Of a stretch of DNA of 64,000 bases, positions 34,005 to 50,124 are shown in pieces. The position numbers and the translations under genes were made by a program. This DNA is from Escherichia coli (GTDB lineage Bacteria; Pseudomonadota; Gammaproteobacteria; Enterobacterales; Enterobacteriaceae). The notes under the pieces are model-generated. The model was not told where the DNA came from. It was given only the letters and a program-made list of their open reading frames with translations, and did not search any database. Within the stretch, counting starts at the first letter, position 1. Every line of letters starts with the position of its first letter. Location: assembly GCF_003334765.1 (NCBI RefSeq), contig NZ_QOWT01000001.1; one strand, given 5' to 3'.

Positions 34005-35507
34005 TTACGCTACGGCTGCTTTCGCCGCTTTGTCTGCAGCGTCATCCTGCGTCATGCGGTGCAGTTTCGGCGCGGTCAGCAGCATCAGTACTGCAATAAC
34101 GGCAGTAGCGACACCAATCTGCAAGAATACGCGACCATAGACTTCCAGTGACATCAGCGGATCGGTAACGTTATCCGGCACAGCCATCATACCCGCAACA
34201 TAACCACCAATCAGGTTTGCACCGGCAGTGGTCAGGAACCAGCTACCCATAATGAAGCCCATCAGACGCTGCGGAACGAGTTGAGCAACCATTGCCAGAC
34301 CCAGACCAGAGATCATCAGTTCCCCGATGCTCTGCAGGCCATAGCTTGCGACCAGCCAGCTTACAGACACGATACCAGCGTCAGACGCGAATTTCGCACC
34401 CAGCGGCAGAATCAGGAACGCACCAGAACACATCACCATGCCGATTGCAAACTTGGTTGGCATCGGCAGGGTATCGCCCATCTTGTTATAGATAGCGGCC
34501 AGAATCGGACTACCGATGATGATCCAGAACGGGTTCAGTGCCTGATACTGCTCAGGTTCTACGGCCAGACCCAGAATGGAGTGCTCAACGTTACGAATCG
34601 CAAAGAAGTTCAGTGACGTTGGCATCTGGCTGTACAGCACGAAGAAGATAATGGCTTCGAGCATCAGGATGAAGGCAACGATCATTTTACGACGCGCAGC
34701 ACCTTTCATCGCGAAGGCTTCTTTACCGAAGATAACCACGATACCGAAGGCAACAACGCCCAGCGCCATACGCGCAACTTCCTGATTGTGCAGCAGCCAG
34801 GTGGCGATAGCGATCAGTGCCACAACACCAATAATGGTCAGCAGCAGGTTACGGTAGTTGATAGGCTCGAAGTCTGGTTTTGAACCGTACTGTTTAACCC
34901 AGCGTTGGCAGAAGGCGAAGTTAACGATAGTGATCAGCAGGCCTACAACGCTCAACGCAAACGCAACACTCCAGCCGTATTTCGCGGCCAGCCACGGCGT
35001 AGCAATCATAGAGAAGAAAGAGCCGATGTTGACGGACATGTAGTACATGGTGAATGCACCGTCCAGACGCGGGTCGTTTTTCTCATAGCATGTAGAAAGC
35101 AGAGAAGACGGGTTAGCTTTAAACAGGCCGTTACCGACCGCAATAGCCGCCATACCCATATAAACGATACCGGCGTCGTGACCAGACCAGGCAACCAGAG
35201 CATAACCAATCGCCAGCACAATAGCGCCGAGCATAATTACGCGTTTAGTACCCAGTACCTTGTCACCTAACCAGCCGCCGATAGCGACCAGACCATAAAC
35301 CAGGGCACTAAAGGAAGAGAAAAGGGTGATTGAATCCGCTTCAGACATACCCAGTTGTTTAACCAGGTAAACAGCCATAATTCCTTGTAGGCCGTAATAA
35401 CCAAAACGTTCCCATAACTCAATCGAGAAGATGAGATAGAACGCCTTCGGTTGTTTGAAAGCGTTCAAACTGACGCTTTCAGTTGGTTTTTGGTTTGCAG
35501 TGGACAC
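34005..35507 (-). CDS. dtpA: Proton-dependent di/tripeptide permease DtpA (TppB), 500 aa
   Basis: ORF-track 500 aa; POT/PTR2 family 14-TM protein. Confidence 0.95.
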   Translation of the reverse strand: MSTANQKPTESVSLNAFKQPKAFYLIFSIELWERFGYYGLQGIMAVYLVKQLGMSEADSITLFSSFSALVYGLVAIGGWLGDKVLGTKRVIMLGAIVLAIGYALVAWSGHDAGIVYMGMAAIAVGNGLFKANPSSLLSTCYEKNDPRLDGAFTMYYMSVNIGSFFSMIATPWLAAKYGWSVAFALSVVGLLITIVNFAFCQRWVKQYGSKPDFEPINYRNLLLTIIGVVALIAIATWLLHNQEVARMALGVVAFGIVVIFGKEAFAMKGAARRKMIVAFILMLEAIIFFVLYSQMPTSLNFFAIRNVEHSILGLAVEPEQYQALNPFWIIIGSPILAAIYNKMGDTLPMPTKFAIGMVMCSGAFLILPLGAKFASDAGIVSVSWLVASYGLQSIGELMISGLGLAMVAQLVPQRLMGFIMGSWFLTTAGANLIGGYVAGMMAVPDNVTDPLMSLEVYGRVFLQIGVATAVIAVLMLLTAPKLHRMTQDDAADKAAKAAVA

Positions 35508-36117
35508 TTTTACCTCTTTTTTTACATCCCATATTAACGGGGGTGCTTTCTCGCGTTATGTATAAAAAACATACGCGCAATTGTTATAGTGGGAGGGGAA
35601 ACGGCAGGTAATGTTCACTATCTTGCACTTTCAGACAAGTCCTTTGTAATAATCTGTTACATATAACTGAGGCGGGGAATTCAACCATTCCGGGAAATGT
35701 TATCCAGCGTTAAATTTTTCAAAAAACGTAACGGCAGATTTTTTCACTGCACTGAGAGGGGGGTGATGGCTTAACGGCGATATGTTCTGCTATTTAGCGT
35801 TTTTACTAGTGAGATAGTCCAGTTTCTGAAAAATAGCCAGTGTAATGTTTTGTAGGTCAATATTTGTTGCGTGTGTAAATTTAAATGATTTTAACCTGAT
35901 TCTTGCAATGTTTTTACATTGCGACAGCATCGTGATCTTGATCACGAATGAATAGAAAATTTCGCTATTAAAAAAACAATTAACCTGCATTTTTGGTTAT
36001 CCGCAAACGGATTACCTGATGATAACGCTAAGCAATGGCATCATTGACGTTAAAAAGATGTTTTAAAAGAGGATAAAGAAAGGTTATCAATGGGGTAATC
36101 GGTGTTACCCCTTTTCT

Positions 36118-36753
36118 TCAGATGTCAACTTTCTCTTTGTATTCACAAAGATCTTCAATAATACAAGAGCCACAGCGGGGCTTGCGGGCAATGCAGGTAT
36201 AACGCCCGTGCAGGATCAACCAATGGTGGCAGTCGACTTTAAACTCTGCTGGAACCACTTTCAGTAGCTTTTCTTCTACCTGTTCGACGTTTTTCCCCGG
36301 CGCAAATTGAGTACGATTACAAACGCGGAAAATGTGCGTGTCGACAGCAATAGTCGGCCAGCCGAATGCAGTGTTTAATACGACGTTGGCTGTTTTACGA
36401 CCTACGCCGGGCAGGGCTTCAAGCGCAGCACGATCTTCCGGAACCTCGCCATTATGCTGCTCCAGCAAGATACGGCAGGTTTTGATGATATTTTCTGCTT
36501 TGCTGTTATAAAGCCCAATCGTTTTGATATAGGTTTTCACCCCTTCAACGCCCAGTTCAAGCATCGCTGCAGGCGTATTCGCCACCGGGTAGAGTTTCGC
36601 CGTCGCCTTATTAACACTGACATCGGTCGCCTGAGCGGAAAGCAGTACGGCAATCAGCAATTCAAAAGGCGAACTGAAATTAAGCTCGGTGGTGGGATGA
36701 GGATTGTTCTCACGCAGGCGAGTGAGGATCTCCAGGCGTTTTGCTTTATTCAT
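36118..36753 (-). CDS. nth: Endonuclease III (211 aa)
   Basis: ORF-track 211 aa; HhH-GPD motif and C-terminal 4Fe-4S cluster (CxxxxxxCxxCxxxxxC); last gene of the rsx-nth cluster. Confidence 0.95.
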   Translation of the reverse strand: MNKAKRLEILTRLRENNPHPTTELNFSSPFELLIAVLLSAQATDVSVNKATAKLYPVANTPAAMLELGVEGVKTYIKTIGLYNSKAENIIKTCRILLEQHNGEVPEDRAALEALPGVGRKTANVVLNTAFGWPTIAVDTHIFRVCNRTQFAPGKNVEQVEEKLLKVVPAEFKVDCHHWLILHGRYTCIARKPRCGSCIIEDLCEYKEKVDI

Positions 36754-37448
36754 CAGACATTCCCTGTTTCACCGTTTGGCAATGCACGTTCTGCAGCTGC
36801 TTCAGCACGGCGCTTTTTCATTCTTTCATCAATCAGGTATTTTCCTGCCAGCATCAGTCCCAGGCCAATAAATGCACCTGGTGGCAGCATCGCCAGCAGG
36901 AAAGGGGAGTCGGTGTGGAAAATCTCCACGCGTAATACTTTTGCCCAGCTACCTAACAGCGCATCTGCACCGTCAAACAATGTGCCATTGCCGATAATTT
37001 CGCGTAGTGAACCCAGCACGAACATGGCGCAGGTTGCGCCCATACCAATTGAAAAGCCGTCCAGTGCCGAAAGCGCCGGACCTTTTTTGGCGGCGAAGGC
37101 TTCAGCGCGGCCCACAACGATACAGTTAGTGACAATCAGCGGAATAAAAATCCCTAATGATTGATACAGGCCAAAGGCGTAGGCGTTGATCAGCATCTGT
37201 ACAGCGCTGACCACCGAGGCGATGATCATCACGTAAATGGGAATGCGGATCTCGGCTGGCGTCCAGTGACGCAGCGTCGAAATGGTCAGGTTGGTCAGCG
37301 TCAGTACCAGCGTAGTCGCAAGTCCTAAACCCAGAGCGTTAGTGGCAGTGGACGTGACCGCCAACAGAGGACAAAGGCCGAGCAACTGGACCAGCGCAGA
37401 GTTGTTTTTCCACAACCCCTGAACAATAACGTCTTTAATTTCGCTCAC
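36753..37448 (-). CDS. rsxE: Rnf/Rsx electron-transport complex subunit E (231 aa)
   Basis: ORF-track 231 aa integral membrane protein; stop overlaps the nth start by 1 nt. Confidence 0.93.
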   Translation of the reverse strand: MSEIKDVIVQGLWKNNSALVQLLGLCPLLAVTSTATNALGLGLATTLVLTLTNLTISTLRHWTPAEIRIPIYVMIIASVVSAVQMLINAYAFGLYQSLGIFIPLIVTNCIVVGRAEAFAAKKGPALSALDGFSIGMGATCAMFVLGSLREIIGNGTLFDGADALLGSWAKVLRVEIFHTDSPFLLAMLPPGAFIGLGLMLAGKYLIDERMKKRRAEAAAERALPNGETGNV

Positions 37449-37451
37449 GCT

Positions 37452-38072
37452 TTATTCTCCACAGGCAGGAAGTTGAGAAAGTTGTGCCGGTAACGTCTGA
37501 GCGTACAATCCGGCGCGTTTTACCGCATTAACCACCGCGCGGGGAGTAATCGTCGCGCCGGTGAACTGGTCGAAATCACCACCATCTTTCTTCACCGCCC
37601 AGTGCGCATCATCTGCACCACTGATTTTTTTACCCGCAAAATGGGTGATCCAGTCAGAAAGGCGCAGTTCGATTTTATCGCCAAGCCCTGGCGTTTCGTG
37701 GTGCTCTGTCACGCGCGTGCCAAGTACCGTGCCGTTAAAATCGGCTCCCACCAGCAGCTGAATCGCACCGGAATAGCCATCTGGCGCGGTTGCTTCCAGA
37801 ACGGCGGCTACCGGTTTGTCATCCTGTTTGGCGATGTAAACCCGATGCTCACCTTTACCTAACTCTGGCGCAGTTACCAGATAGCAACTCTGTGCCAGCG
37901 CATTGTTATAGCGTTCGGCTGGCAGCACCTGATCAAATAACGCCTTTTGTTGCAGACTGGCCTGTTCAGCAATCGTCGTTTTGGTCATCTGGTTGATGGC
38001 CGCAGTTAACCCTGTTGAACCCGCTGCAAATAGCGCCAACGTAATGCCGTGTTTTCGGATAGTTTTCAGCAT
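37452..38072 (-). CDS. rsxG: Rnf/Rsx complex subunit G (206 aa)
   Basis: ORF-track 206 aa; FMN-binding-domain protein with N-terminal TM anchor. Confidence 0.93.
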   Translation of the reverse strand: MLKTIRKHGITLALFAAGSTGLTAAINQMTKTTIAEQASLQQKALFDQVLPAERYNNALAQSCYLVTAPELGKGEHRVYIAKQDDKPVAAVLEATAPDGYSGAIQLLVGADFNGTVLGTRVTEHHETPGLGDKIELRLSDWITHFAGKKISGADDAHWAVKKDGGDFDQFTGATITPRAVVNAVKRAGLYAQTLPAQLSQLPACGE

Positions 38073-38075
38073 GGT

Positions 38076-39134
38076 TTACCCTTTGCGATGGCCGTAGACG
38101 CGCGGACGCGTGTAGTAATCGATCAGAGGAACCGTGATGTTCGCCAGCAGGACGGCAAAAGCCACGCCGTCAGGATAGCCGCCGAAACTGCGGATCAACC
38201 AGACTAATAAGCCCGCAAGCGCGCCGAAAATAAGACGACCACGATTGGTCGTAGAAGCGGTAACCGGGTCAGTCAAAATAAAGAATGCGCCGAGCATGGT
38301 CGCTCCAGACAGCAGATGAATTTGCGGTGCTGCCAGTGTTTCTGGTGAGAACAACCAGCCCAACATTGCGCATAACGCCAGCGTTACTAAGAAGCTGAGG
38401 GGAATATGCCAGCGAATCGCTTTCTGCCATAGCAACCATACGCCGCCAGCCAGCCAGGCGAGATTTACCCATTGCCAACCAGCGCCCGCCAGAATACCGC
38501 TGTAGATCGGATATTGCATAATCTGTTCAACCGAATGACCGGCACGGACAGAGGTTTTAAATGTATCCAGCGGTGTCGCCTGACTAATGCCATCAATACC
38601 TAAGCGTAGTGTGTTCATATCACCACCACTGGCGGTATGACCGCTAAAAATAACCTGGATGGCGTCGATAAAACCAGGGATGTTGACCGCAATTTCATGT
38701 GGCGGTAACCAGCTGGTCATCTGCACGGGGAAGGAGATCAGTAAGACCACATAACCAATCATTGCCGGATTAAACGGGTTTTGTCCCAGACCGCCATACA
38801 ACTGTTTAGCGATGATCACCGCAAACACCGTACCCAGCACGACCATCCACCATGGCGCGAGGGGGGGAATACTTACCGCCAGCAATAAGCCTGTCAGCAA
38901 TGCTGAGTTATCTTTCAACGTTGCGGCTACCGACTGCTTGCGTAGTTTGAGTACGAGAGCTTCGGCTAACAGAGCACTAACCGATGCCAACAGGATCTGA
39001 ACGAGAGTACCCCAACCAAAAAACCACAGTTGCGCTGCGATTCCTGGCACGGCTGCGAGCAACACCAACAGCATAATGCGCGATGTCTGGCGCTGGTTAT
39101 GGGTATAAGGGGAGCTAGCTATTCTGAATACCAT
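38076..39134 (-). CDS. rsxD: Rnf/Rsx complex subunit D (352 aa)
   Basis: ORF-track 352 aa polytopic membrane protein. Confidence 0.93.
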   Translation of the reverse strand: MVFRIASSPYTHNQRQTSRIMLLVLLAAVPGIAAQLWFFGWGTLVQILLASVSALLAEALVLKLRKQSVAATLKDNSALLTGLLLAVSIPPLAPWWMVVLGTVFAVIIAKQLYGGLGQNPFNPAMIGYVVLLISFPVQMTSWLPPHEIAVNIPGFIDAIQVIFSGHTASGGDMNTLRLGIDGISQATPLDTFKTSVRAGHSVEQIMQYPIYSGILAGAGWQWVNLAWLAGGVWLLWQKAIRWHIPLSFLVTLALCAMLGWLFSPETLAAPQIHLLSGATMLGAFFILTDPVTASTTNRGRLIFGALAGLLVWLIRSFGGYPDGVAFAVLLANITVPLIDYYTRPRVYGHRKG

Positions 39135-41927
<2,793 letters not shown>

Positions 41928-41928
<1 letters not shown>

Positions 41929-42509
41929 TACAACTTCACCAAACCACTAAAGCCCATAAAGGCCAGAGACATAAGACCTGCGGTAATTAACGCAATGGCA
42001 TTACCGCGAAAAGGTGCCGGGACATCAGCCACAGCAAGGCGTTCGCGGATGGCGGCGAAGAGCACCATCACCAGCGAGAAACCGACAGCGGCGGAAAAAC
42101 CGTACAGCGCCGACTGCAAGAAATTGTGCCCGAGATTGATATTCAGCAACGCCACGCCGAGCACTGCACAGTTGGTGGTGATAAGCGGCAAAAAAATCCC
42201 CAGCAGACGGTAAAGCACCGGGCTGGTTTTGCGCACCACCATCTCGGTGAACTGCACGACCACAGCAATCACCAGAATAAATGCCAGGGTGCGCAGGTAA
42301 ATCAGATTAAGTGGGATCAAAATCCACGTATCGATAAGCCAGGCGCAAATAGACGCCAGCGTCATCACAAACGTTGTTGCCAGCCCCATGCCCATCGCGG
42401 TTTCCAGTTTTTTGGAAACCCCCATAAACGGACAGAGACCGAGAAACTTGACCAGTACAAAGTTATTGACCAGTACAGTTCCGACAAACAGTAACAGGTA
42501 GTCAGTCAT
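41928..42509 (-). CDS. rsxA: Rnf/Rsx complex subunit A (193 aa)
   Basis: ORF-track 193 aa hydrophobic protein; first rsx gene; stop overlaps the rsxB start by 1 nt. Confidence 0.93.
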
Positions 42510-42585
42510 TTTTCGGCCTGAAATAAAAAAGCCGCCTATTATCCGTTAATCCAGAGCAGGCGACAACAGGTTAACTGTAAGGTTA

Positions 42586-43026
42586 TTACGGATTCACAAA
42601 CGTCGCTTTTACCCGCGACGAGCGTTTGAAATAGGGGACGATCAATGCGGTTGCCAACAAAGTAAACAGCAACTGGCGAACGGCTATGCCATCTTCCACG
42701 GGTGAAAAAGCGAATGCTTTTACTGCCAGCAATACGGAAATAAGCAGCCAGATAATATAGTGTTTAGGAACACAACGCCGACGTTTAAAGAAAGCGATGG
42801 TCAACCACAGTGTGTAATACCACAAGGCGATAGCGGTAATAAAAGAAACGCCCCATAAGATTTGTGTCGTCAGTGCTTGTCCGCCGAGCGTTTGAAATGT
42901 TTGCGGAGAAGATAACGCAGCGGTATACAGCAACAACGCCAGCGTCGTACTCAACAGAGCGACTAAAAGCCAGGCCAACGGGCCAAGCAACCAGCCTCCA
43001 ATACGTTGTGGCGTTGTGGTGGTCAT
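42586..43026 (-). CDS. ydgK: DUF2569 inner-membrane protein YdgK (~146 aa)
   Basis: ORF-track frame 42586..43050; start placed at the internal ATG (MTTTTPQRIGGW) by recall of K-12 YdgK; 4 predicted TM helices. Confidence 0.8.
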   Translation of the reverse strand: MTTTTPQRIGGWLLGPLAWLLVALLSTTLALLLYTAALSSPQTFQTLGGQALTTQILWGVSFITAIALWYYTLWLTIAFFKRRRCVPKHYIIWLLISVLLAVKAFAFSPVEDGIAVRQLLFTLLATALIVPYFKRSSRVKATFVNP

Positions 43027-43111
43027 AGGTTCTCCAGAATAGCGACGCAAACAGGCAAATCTAATTTTAGGGGCGTTATTATAAGGCTTTTATAACCGAT
43101 CGCTACTTTCT

Positions 43112-43327
43112 TTATTGGACATAGTGCCAGACGGACTTCGGTACCTGGCCGAGGTCAAACAAACGCCCGCCAGAAACCAGCTCTGCGCGACGGTGATCGG
43201 CAGCACGATACATATTGATCAGTTCCTGATCGTCCGTCAGGGTGTAATTAAGATGGTCGTAGAGTTTTTCCAGACTTTCGAGTGAACTGATTTTGCGAAA
43301 TTTTAATAAGTAGTCCTGAACAGTCAT
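43112..43327 (-). CDS. cnu: Cnu (YdgT), Hha-family H-NS-binding oriC-binding nucleoid protein (71 aa)
   Basis: ORF-track 71 aa beginning [51 protein letters not shown], an Hha/YmoA-family protein. Confidence 0.93.
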
Positions 43328-43599
43328 AAAAGGTCCATAAAATAATTAATACCAAAGGGGTAGGTATTATTAGTGATGATAAAATTTCACCAAAAGTGAA
43401 CGCTTGTGTTATTACAATAATAAGAATGCGCTGATGGCAAATATTCAGGGATGAAAAACTGCTCTGAAAAGAGTAACGCGCTTTACTATCCCTGACAATC
43501 ACCAACAACATCGAACAAGATAATAAATTCCTGGTTTAATATCCGACAAGTGAAAACATGCACCCGGACGGGCAGCATGTCGCTCCACAAGTGCAGAGC

Positions 43600-43725
43600 T
43601 TACTTGTGTTGTACCGAAGCACTCTGTTCAGGTGGCTGATAGTTGTCAATGTGACTCGCCACGCCAAGAAGAATGACTGAAACGACAAGAACGATCCAAC
43701 CTGTTAATTCAATAAGACGATTCAT
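43600..43725 (-). CDS. blr: Small membrane protein Blr (41 aa)
   Basis: Inside ORF-track frame 43600..43800; the internal ATG gives MNRLIELTGWIVLVVSVILLGVASHIDNYQPPEQSASVQHK, which I recall as K-12 Blr (single TM helix). Confidence 0.75.
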   Translation of the reverse strand: MNRLIELTGWIVLVVSVILLGVASHIDNYQPPEQSASVQHK

Positions 43726-43967
43726 TACAGCCCACATCTCTCTTGATTGATCCATTAACTTCAGGGGGTAAATGTTACTTAGCAATAATAGCTCCAGCAA
43801 GATTTTTACTGAGGTTTTTGCGATATTTAGCTTTTGTCGTTGGAAAATTCGCTATTTTTTTGACTTAAGTTAAACAACATCCCTTATTGCTGGCAGGTTA
43901 TTAAACTGTTGAGCGTGGGTAAAGGATAGTGTCAAATAGCCATCATACTTCAATGAGAGGCAATGAC

Positions 43968-45008
43968 ATGAGCGACAACATCCGTGTTGGGTTGATTGGG
44001 TATGGTTATGCGAGCAAAACCTTCCATGCGCCCCTGATTGCGGGCACGCCCGGGCTGGAACTGGCGGTAATCTCCAGCAGTGATGAAACAAAAGTAAAAG
44101 CCGACTGGCCAACGGTTACGGTTGTCTCTGAGCCGAAGCATCTGTTTAACGATCCCAACATAGACCTGATTGTCATTCCTACACCCAACGATACCCATTT
44201 ACCGTTAGCCAAAGCGGCGCTTGAGGCGGGTAAACATGTGGTCGTTGATAAACCCTTTACCGTGACACTGTCACAAGCGCGAGAGCTGGATGCGCTGGCA
44301 AAAAGCCTGGGGCGTGTGCTGTCTGTATTCCATAACCGTCGCTGGGATAGCGATTTCTTGACGCTAAAAGGTTTACTCGCGGAAGGCGTGCTGGGTGAAG
44401 TTGCTTACTTTGAGTCTCATTTTGACCGCTTCCGTCCGCAGGTGCGCGATCGTTGGCGTGAACAGGGCGGCCCAGGCAGCGGTATCTGGTACGATTTAGC
44501 ACCACATCTTCTTGATCAGGCCATTACGCTTTTTGGTTTACCGGTCAGCATGACGGTAGATTTGGCACAGTTACGGCCCGGAGCGCAGTCGACCGATTAT
44601 TTCCACGCCATCTTGTCCTATCCACAGCGGCGAGTCATTTTACACGGTACCATGCTGGCAGCCGCTGAGTCAGCACGGTATATCGTGCATGGATCCCGAG
44701 GCAGTTATGTGAAATATGGCCTCGATCCACAGGAAGAACGTCTGAAAAATGGCGAGCGTCTACCGCAGGAAGACTGGGGCTACGATATGCGTGATGGCGT
44801 ACTTACCCGCGTGGAAGGTGAGGAACGTGTCGAAGAAACGCTGTTGACGGTGCCTGGGAATTATCCGGCTTACTATGCGGCTATTCGTGATGCGTTAAAT
44901 GGCGATGGTGAAAATCCGGTTCCGGCAAGCCAGGCAATCCAGGTAATGGAGTTGATTGAGCTGGGCATCGAATCCGCCAAACATCGCGCGACTTTGTGCC
45001 TTGCATGA
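43968..45008 (+). CDS. ydgJ: Gfo/Idh/MocA-family NAD(P)-dependent oxidoreductase YdgJ (346 aa)
   Basis: ORF-track frame 43929..45008; start at the internal ATG (MSDNIRVGLIGYGYASKTFH, Rossmann-type N-terminus). Confidence 0.88.
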   Translation: MSDNIRVGLIGYGYASKTFHAPLIAGTPGLELAVISSSDETKVKADWPTVTVVSEPKHLFNDPNIDLIVIPTPNDTHLPLAKAALEAGKHVVVDKPFTVTLSQARELDALAKSLGRVLSVFHNRRWDSDFLTLKGLLAEGVLGEVAYFESHFDRFRPQVRDRWREQGGPGSGIWYDLAPHLLDQAITLFGLPVSMTVDLAQLRPGAQSTDYFHAILSYPQRRVILHGTMLAAAESARYIVHGSRGSYVKYGLDPQEERLKNGERLPQEDWGYDMRDGVLTRVEGEERVEETLLTVPGNYPAYYAAIRDALNGDGENPVPASQAIQVMELIELGIESAKHRATLCLA

Positions 45009-45041
45009 AAAATGGATGGTGCATTTGCACCATCCATTTTG

Positions 45042-46043
45042 TTACTTCGCGGCGACTTTTTCTCGCAGTGCGCGTTTTTCCTCAGCGCTGAGGAAAGCCA
45101 TTTCCAGACCATTAATCTGTGCCTGGCGGATTTGCTCGCGGGATAACCCAGCAGCTGGCGCGGCAACGGTATATTCGTGAATGATATCCACTCCCTGTAC
45201 GCCGGGATCGTCAGTGTTAATGCTGGCACGAATGCCATGCTCAAGGAACGTTTTCAGCGGATGTGCAGCCAGCTCTGCTACGGTGCTGGTCTGAATATTG
45301 GAGGTCAGACAGGATTCAATACCAATTTGTTGCTCGGCGAGAAAATCCATCAGCGCCCGATCTTCAATGGCTTTTACGCCATGTCCAATACGCTCCGCAC
45401 CCAGTTCACGAATCGCCTGCCAGATGCTTTCCGGCCCGGCAGCTTCGCCTGCATGGACGGTAATATGCCAGCCCGCATCACGCGCGCGGTTGAAGTGAGA
45501 AAGGAACAGACTTCCCGGGAAACCAAGTTCATCACCGGCTAAATCAAGTGCGGTAATCTGGTCACGGTGGGCTAAAAAGGCCTCCAGCTCTTGCTGACAG
45601 GCGGCTTCGCCGAAGGTCCGGCTCATAATGCCGATAAGCTTCGCCTGCACACCAAAGGTGCGGCAACCTTCACGTACGCCATCGATCACCGCTTCGACAA
45701 CACCCGCTACAGGCAGCTGATGTGCCATTGCCATGTAGCCTGGTGAAAAACGCAGCTCGACATAGTGCAGGCCGTGACGGGCTGCATCTTCAATGTTTTC
45801 AAATGCCACGCGGCGACAGGCATCAAGAGAGGCGAGAACTTTAACGCCCCAGTCAAGTTTGGTCAGAAAGCTCACCAGATCGGGTTCGTTGGCAATGACC
45901 TGAACGTGGGGAATCAGTGTTTCCAGGGATTGTGCAGGAAGCGAGATATTATACTGGCGGCCAAGTTCAAGAATGGTCTGGGGACGAATGTTGCCATCAA
46001 GGTGGCGATGGATATCAGTTAATGGCAGGGTGGTATCAATCAT
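45042..46043 (-). CDS. add: Adenosine deaminase (333 aa)
   Basis: ORF-track 333 aa beginning [28 protein letters not shown], the canonical ADA metal-binding HxH start. Confidence 0.95.
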
Positions 46044-46146
46044 GGTCGCACTCTTTTTCTGGATATAAAAGTGCGCACCATTATAAAAACAAAGCAGGGT
46101 AAAAATCCACGATTGCGCAACGATTTTTTACGTTGCGCAATTGGGG

Positions 46147-47319
46147 TTAACGAACAGCGCGGATGGCGTTAATTAATCCAGCCACACCTTTTTCCAGTTT
46201 CGAACGTGGGCAGCCGGCATTGAGACGGACAAAACCACGACCTTCTTCACCGTAGGTATACCCCGGCATGATCGCGACTTTTTCTTGTTCGATAAGTGCT
46301 TTTTGCAACGCGTTGTCGTCAATATTCAACGGACGTAAATCAAGCCATGCCAGATAAGTGGATTGTGGGATCTGCCAGTTGAGTTCAGGAAACGCGGCGT
46401 TCATTTTATCTGCGATATACGTCAGGTTATCTTTCAGATAGATGCGTAAGGCATCCAGCCACGGCGCGCCTTGCTGATAGGCGGCGATATGGGCAGTTAA
46501 CGCCAGTACCGAAGGGGAAGAAAGCCCATCACGGCCTTTCAGTGCCGATAAATAGGCATCGCGGCTACTGCTATTTTCTATAATCCCGTAAGCACCGGTC
46601 AGGGCGGGAATATTGAAACTTTTCGAGCCCGACGTTAGCAACGCCCAGTCTCCGCGAGCCACATTACTCCAGGGAATATGCGGCTGCTCGCCCCAAACCA
46701 TATCCATATGGATTTCATCGGAAATAACCCGCACACCATGACGCTCGCACAGGTCAGCCATGATCTCCAGCTCATCGCACGTCCACACTTTCCCGGTAGG
46801 ATTCTGTGGGCTACACAGGAGCATAATTTTACATTCTGGTTTCGCCAACACGGCTTCCAACTTGCCCATATCGCAAAACCAACCATCAGCCTGCTTCTCT
46901 AAAGCAACGGGCATTACTGTGCGCTGGTTACCTTCAATGGCCTTGTAAAATGCGTCATAGGCGGGTGTGTGGATCACCACGCCTTCACCTGTTTCAGACC
47001 ACTGACGAATCAGTTCTGAAACCATATAGATGACAGAAGGGCCATACACCACCGTCTGAGAATCGATGGCGGTGTAATGCTGGGTGGAAAACCAGTGGGC
47101 AATAGCCGCGAGAAACTCATCGTTTTTCCAGCGGCTGTAGCCAAATACGCCGTGCATCAGGCGCTGATTCAGCGCCTCGATAATGCAGGGGGCAGTGGCA
47201 AAATCCATGTCTGAAATCGTGAACGGTAACAGGTCAGCAGTGCCGAAACGGTCAGCGACATAATCCCACTGTGTACACCATGTGCCATGACGATCCACGA
47301 CCTTTGAAAAATCGAACAT
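46147..47319 (-). CDS. malY: MalY, PLP-dependent cystathionine beta-lyase and maltose-regulon modulator (390 aa)
   Basis: ORF-track 390 aa; aminotransferase class I/II fold; downstream of malX on the same strand. Confidence 0.93.
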   Translation of the reverse strand: MFDFSKVVDRHGTWCTQWDYVADRFGTADLLPFTISDMDFATAPCIIEALNQRLMHGVFGYSRWKNDEFLAAIAHWFSTQHYTAIDSQTVVYGPSVIYMVSELIRQWSETGEGVVIHTPAYDAFYKAIEGNQRTVMPVALEKQADGWFCDMGKLEAVLAKPECKIMLLCSPQNPTGKVWTCDELEIMADLCERHGVRVISDEIHMDMVWGEQPHIPWSNVARGDWALLTSGSKSFNIPALTGAYGIIENSSSRDAYLSALKGRDGLSSPSVLALTAHIAAYQQGAPWLDALRIYLKDNLTYIADKMNAAFPELNWQIPQSTYLAWLDLRPLNIDDNALQKALIEQEKVAIMPGYTYGEEGRGFVRLNAGCPRSKLEKGVAGLINAIRAVR

Positions 47320-47328
47320 ATCTTATCC

Positions 47329-48921
47329 TTATGCCTGGACAGTATGCATCAGACCGGCCATTTCATCTTTTACTGACTGAACTTGTGGCCCGATAACAAC
47401 CTGCAGGTTATGTTGATTAAGTTGTACTACGCCAATTGCCCGATTGTCCTTCAGTGCCTGCACATTAACAAGCGACATATCTTTCACAGACAAACGCAGA
47501 CGGGTAATGCAGTTATCGAGGCTGACAATATTGTCGGCACCGCCTAATGCTTCGAGGATTGCAGGAACGTTGTAACCTGATTTACCCGGCGCACCGGCAA
47601 CGGCTTTTTCGATTGAGCTGGCAACTTCGCTATCGCGCCCCGGGGTTTTCAGATTGAAGCGGGTGATAGCGAAACGGAAGATGACGTAGTAAACGACAAA
47701 CCAGATTGCCGCCACCACTGGCACCATGTACCACTTGGTTGACAGACCATGCAAAATACCGAACACCACGAAGTCGATGATATTGCCGTCGGTATTACCG
47801 ATGGTGACGCCGAGCACAGACATGACGGTGAAGCCGAGGCCGGTTAACAGCGCGTGGATGACATACAGAACTGGCGCTACGAACAGGAACAGGAATTCCA
47901 GCGGTTCGGTAGTGCCGCCAACGACGCAGGCGATCAGGCCAGAAATCAGCAGACCTTTAATTTTATGGCGATTTTCCGGGCGCGCGCAGTGATACATAGC
48001 TAACGCTGCACCTGGCAGACCGCCGAGAAACGCAGGCATTTTACCTTGCGAAAGGAAACGCGTGGCGCTTTCAGAAAAACCGTGAGTGGTCGGGCAACTC
48101 AATTGCGCCTGGAAGATGGTCAGTGCGCCGCTGACGGTTTGACCGCAGACTTCCTGCGTGCCGCCTGCGTCGGTAAAGCGAATTAATGCCACCAGAATGT
48201 GATGCAGACCAAACGGCAACAGCAGACGTTCACCGGTACCAAACAGCATCGGTCCGAAATCACCCGCGCTGTTTATCATATGGCCCAAGCCGCTAATACC
48301 CATGGCGAAAATCGGCCAGACTAATGGAATCACCAGGCCGACAAGGCCCATCACCAGCGAGGAGATAATTGGTACGAAGCGCGTACCGCCGAAGAATGCC
48401 AGCGCATCCGGCAGGCGGATATTATGGAAACGCTCATGCAGCATCCAGACGATAATACCGGCGATCACCGCACCGAGGATCCCGGTATCGATCGACTGGA
48501 TCCCAAGAATGCTCTGGATGTTATTGGCTTTCAGAACCGCGGCATCCGTGGTTGGCAGAATGCCTTTATTGGTCAACCAGAAGTTTACCGCGAGGTTCAT
48601 TACCGCATAACCGATGAAGCCAGCGAATGCCGCTACGCCTTTATTTTCGCGTGCCAGGCCCAGCGGGATGGCGATACAGAACATGACAGGCAGGAAACTA
48701 AAAGCAAACGAGCCAATCTTACTCATCCAGGTAAAGATAGCCTGCAACACGGGGTTGCCCAGGACCGGGATCAGGGTTATGACATCATGGCTGCTAAGAG
48801 AACTACCAATGCCGAGCATAATGCCGCAGAACGACAATAATGCCACGGGTAACATGAAGGTTTTGCCTAACTGCTGGAAGAACTCCCACAGCGTGACTTT
48901 CGGTGCTGTTTTCGCCGTCAT
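47329..48921 (-). CDS. malX: PTS EIICB component MalX (~530 aa)
   Basis: ORF-track frame 47329..49284 (651 aa) is over-extended; start placed at the internal ATG at 48919-48921 (MTAKTAPKVTLWEFFQQLGKTFMLPVALL) by recall of K-12 MalX; glucose-family EIIC plus EIIB Cys motif. Confidence 0.85.
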   Translation of the reverse strand: MTAKTAPKVTLWEFFQQLGKTFMLPVALLSFCGIMLGIGSSLSSHDVITLIPVLGNPVLQAIFTWMSKIGSFAFSFLPVMFCIAIPLGLARENKGVAAFAGFIGYAVMNLAVNFWLTNKGILPTTDAAVLKANNIQSILGIQSIDTGILGAVIAGIIVWMLHERFHNIRLPDALAFFGGTRFVPIISSLVMGLVGLVIPLVWPIFAMGISGLGHMINSAGDFGPMLFGTGERLLLPFGLHHILVALIRFTDAGGTQEVCGQTVSGALTIFQAQLSCPTTHGFSESATRFLSQGKMPAFLGGLPGAALAMYHCARPENRHKIKGLLISGLIACVVGGTTEPLEFLFLFVAPVLYVIHALLTGLGFTVMSVLGVTIGNTDGNIIDFVVFGILHGLSTKWYMVPVVAAIWFVVYYVIFRFAITRFNLKTPGRDSEVASSIEKAVAGAPGKSGYNVPAILEALGGADNIVSLDNCITRLRLSVKDMSLVNVQALKDNRAIGVVQLNQHNLQVVIGPQVQSVKDEMAGLMHTVQA

Positions 48922-48940
48922 AAAACGACTCCTCGTAGAT

Positions 48941-50124
<1,184 letters not shown>

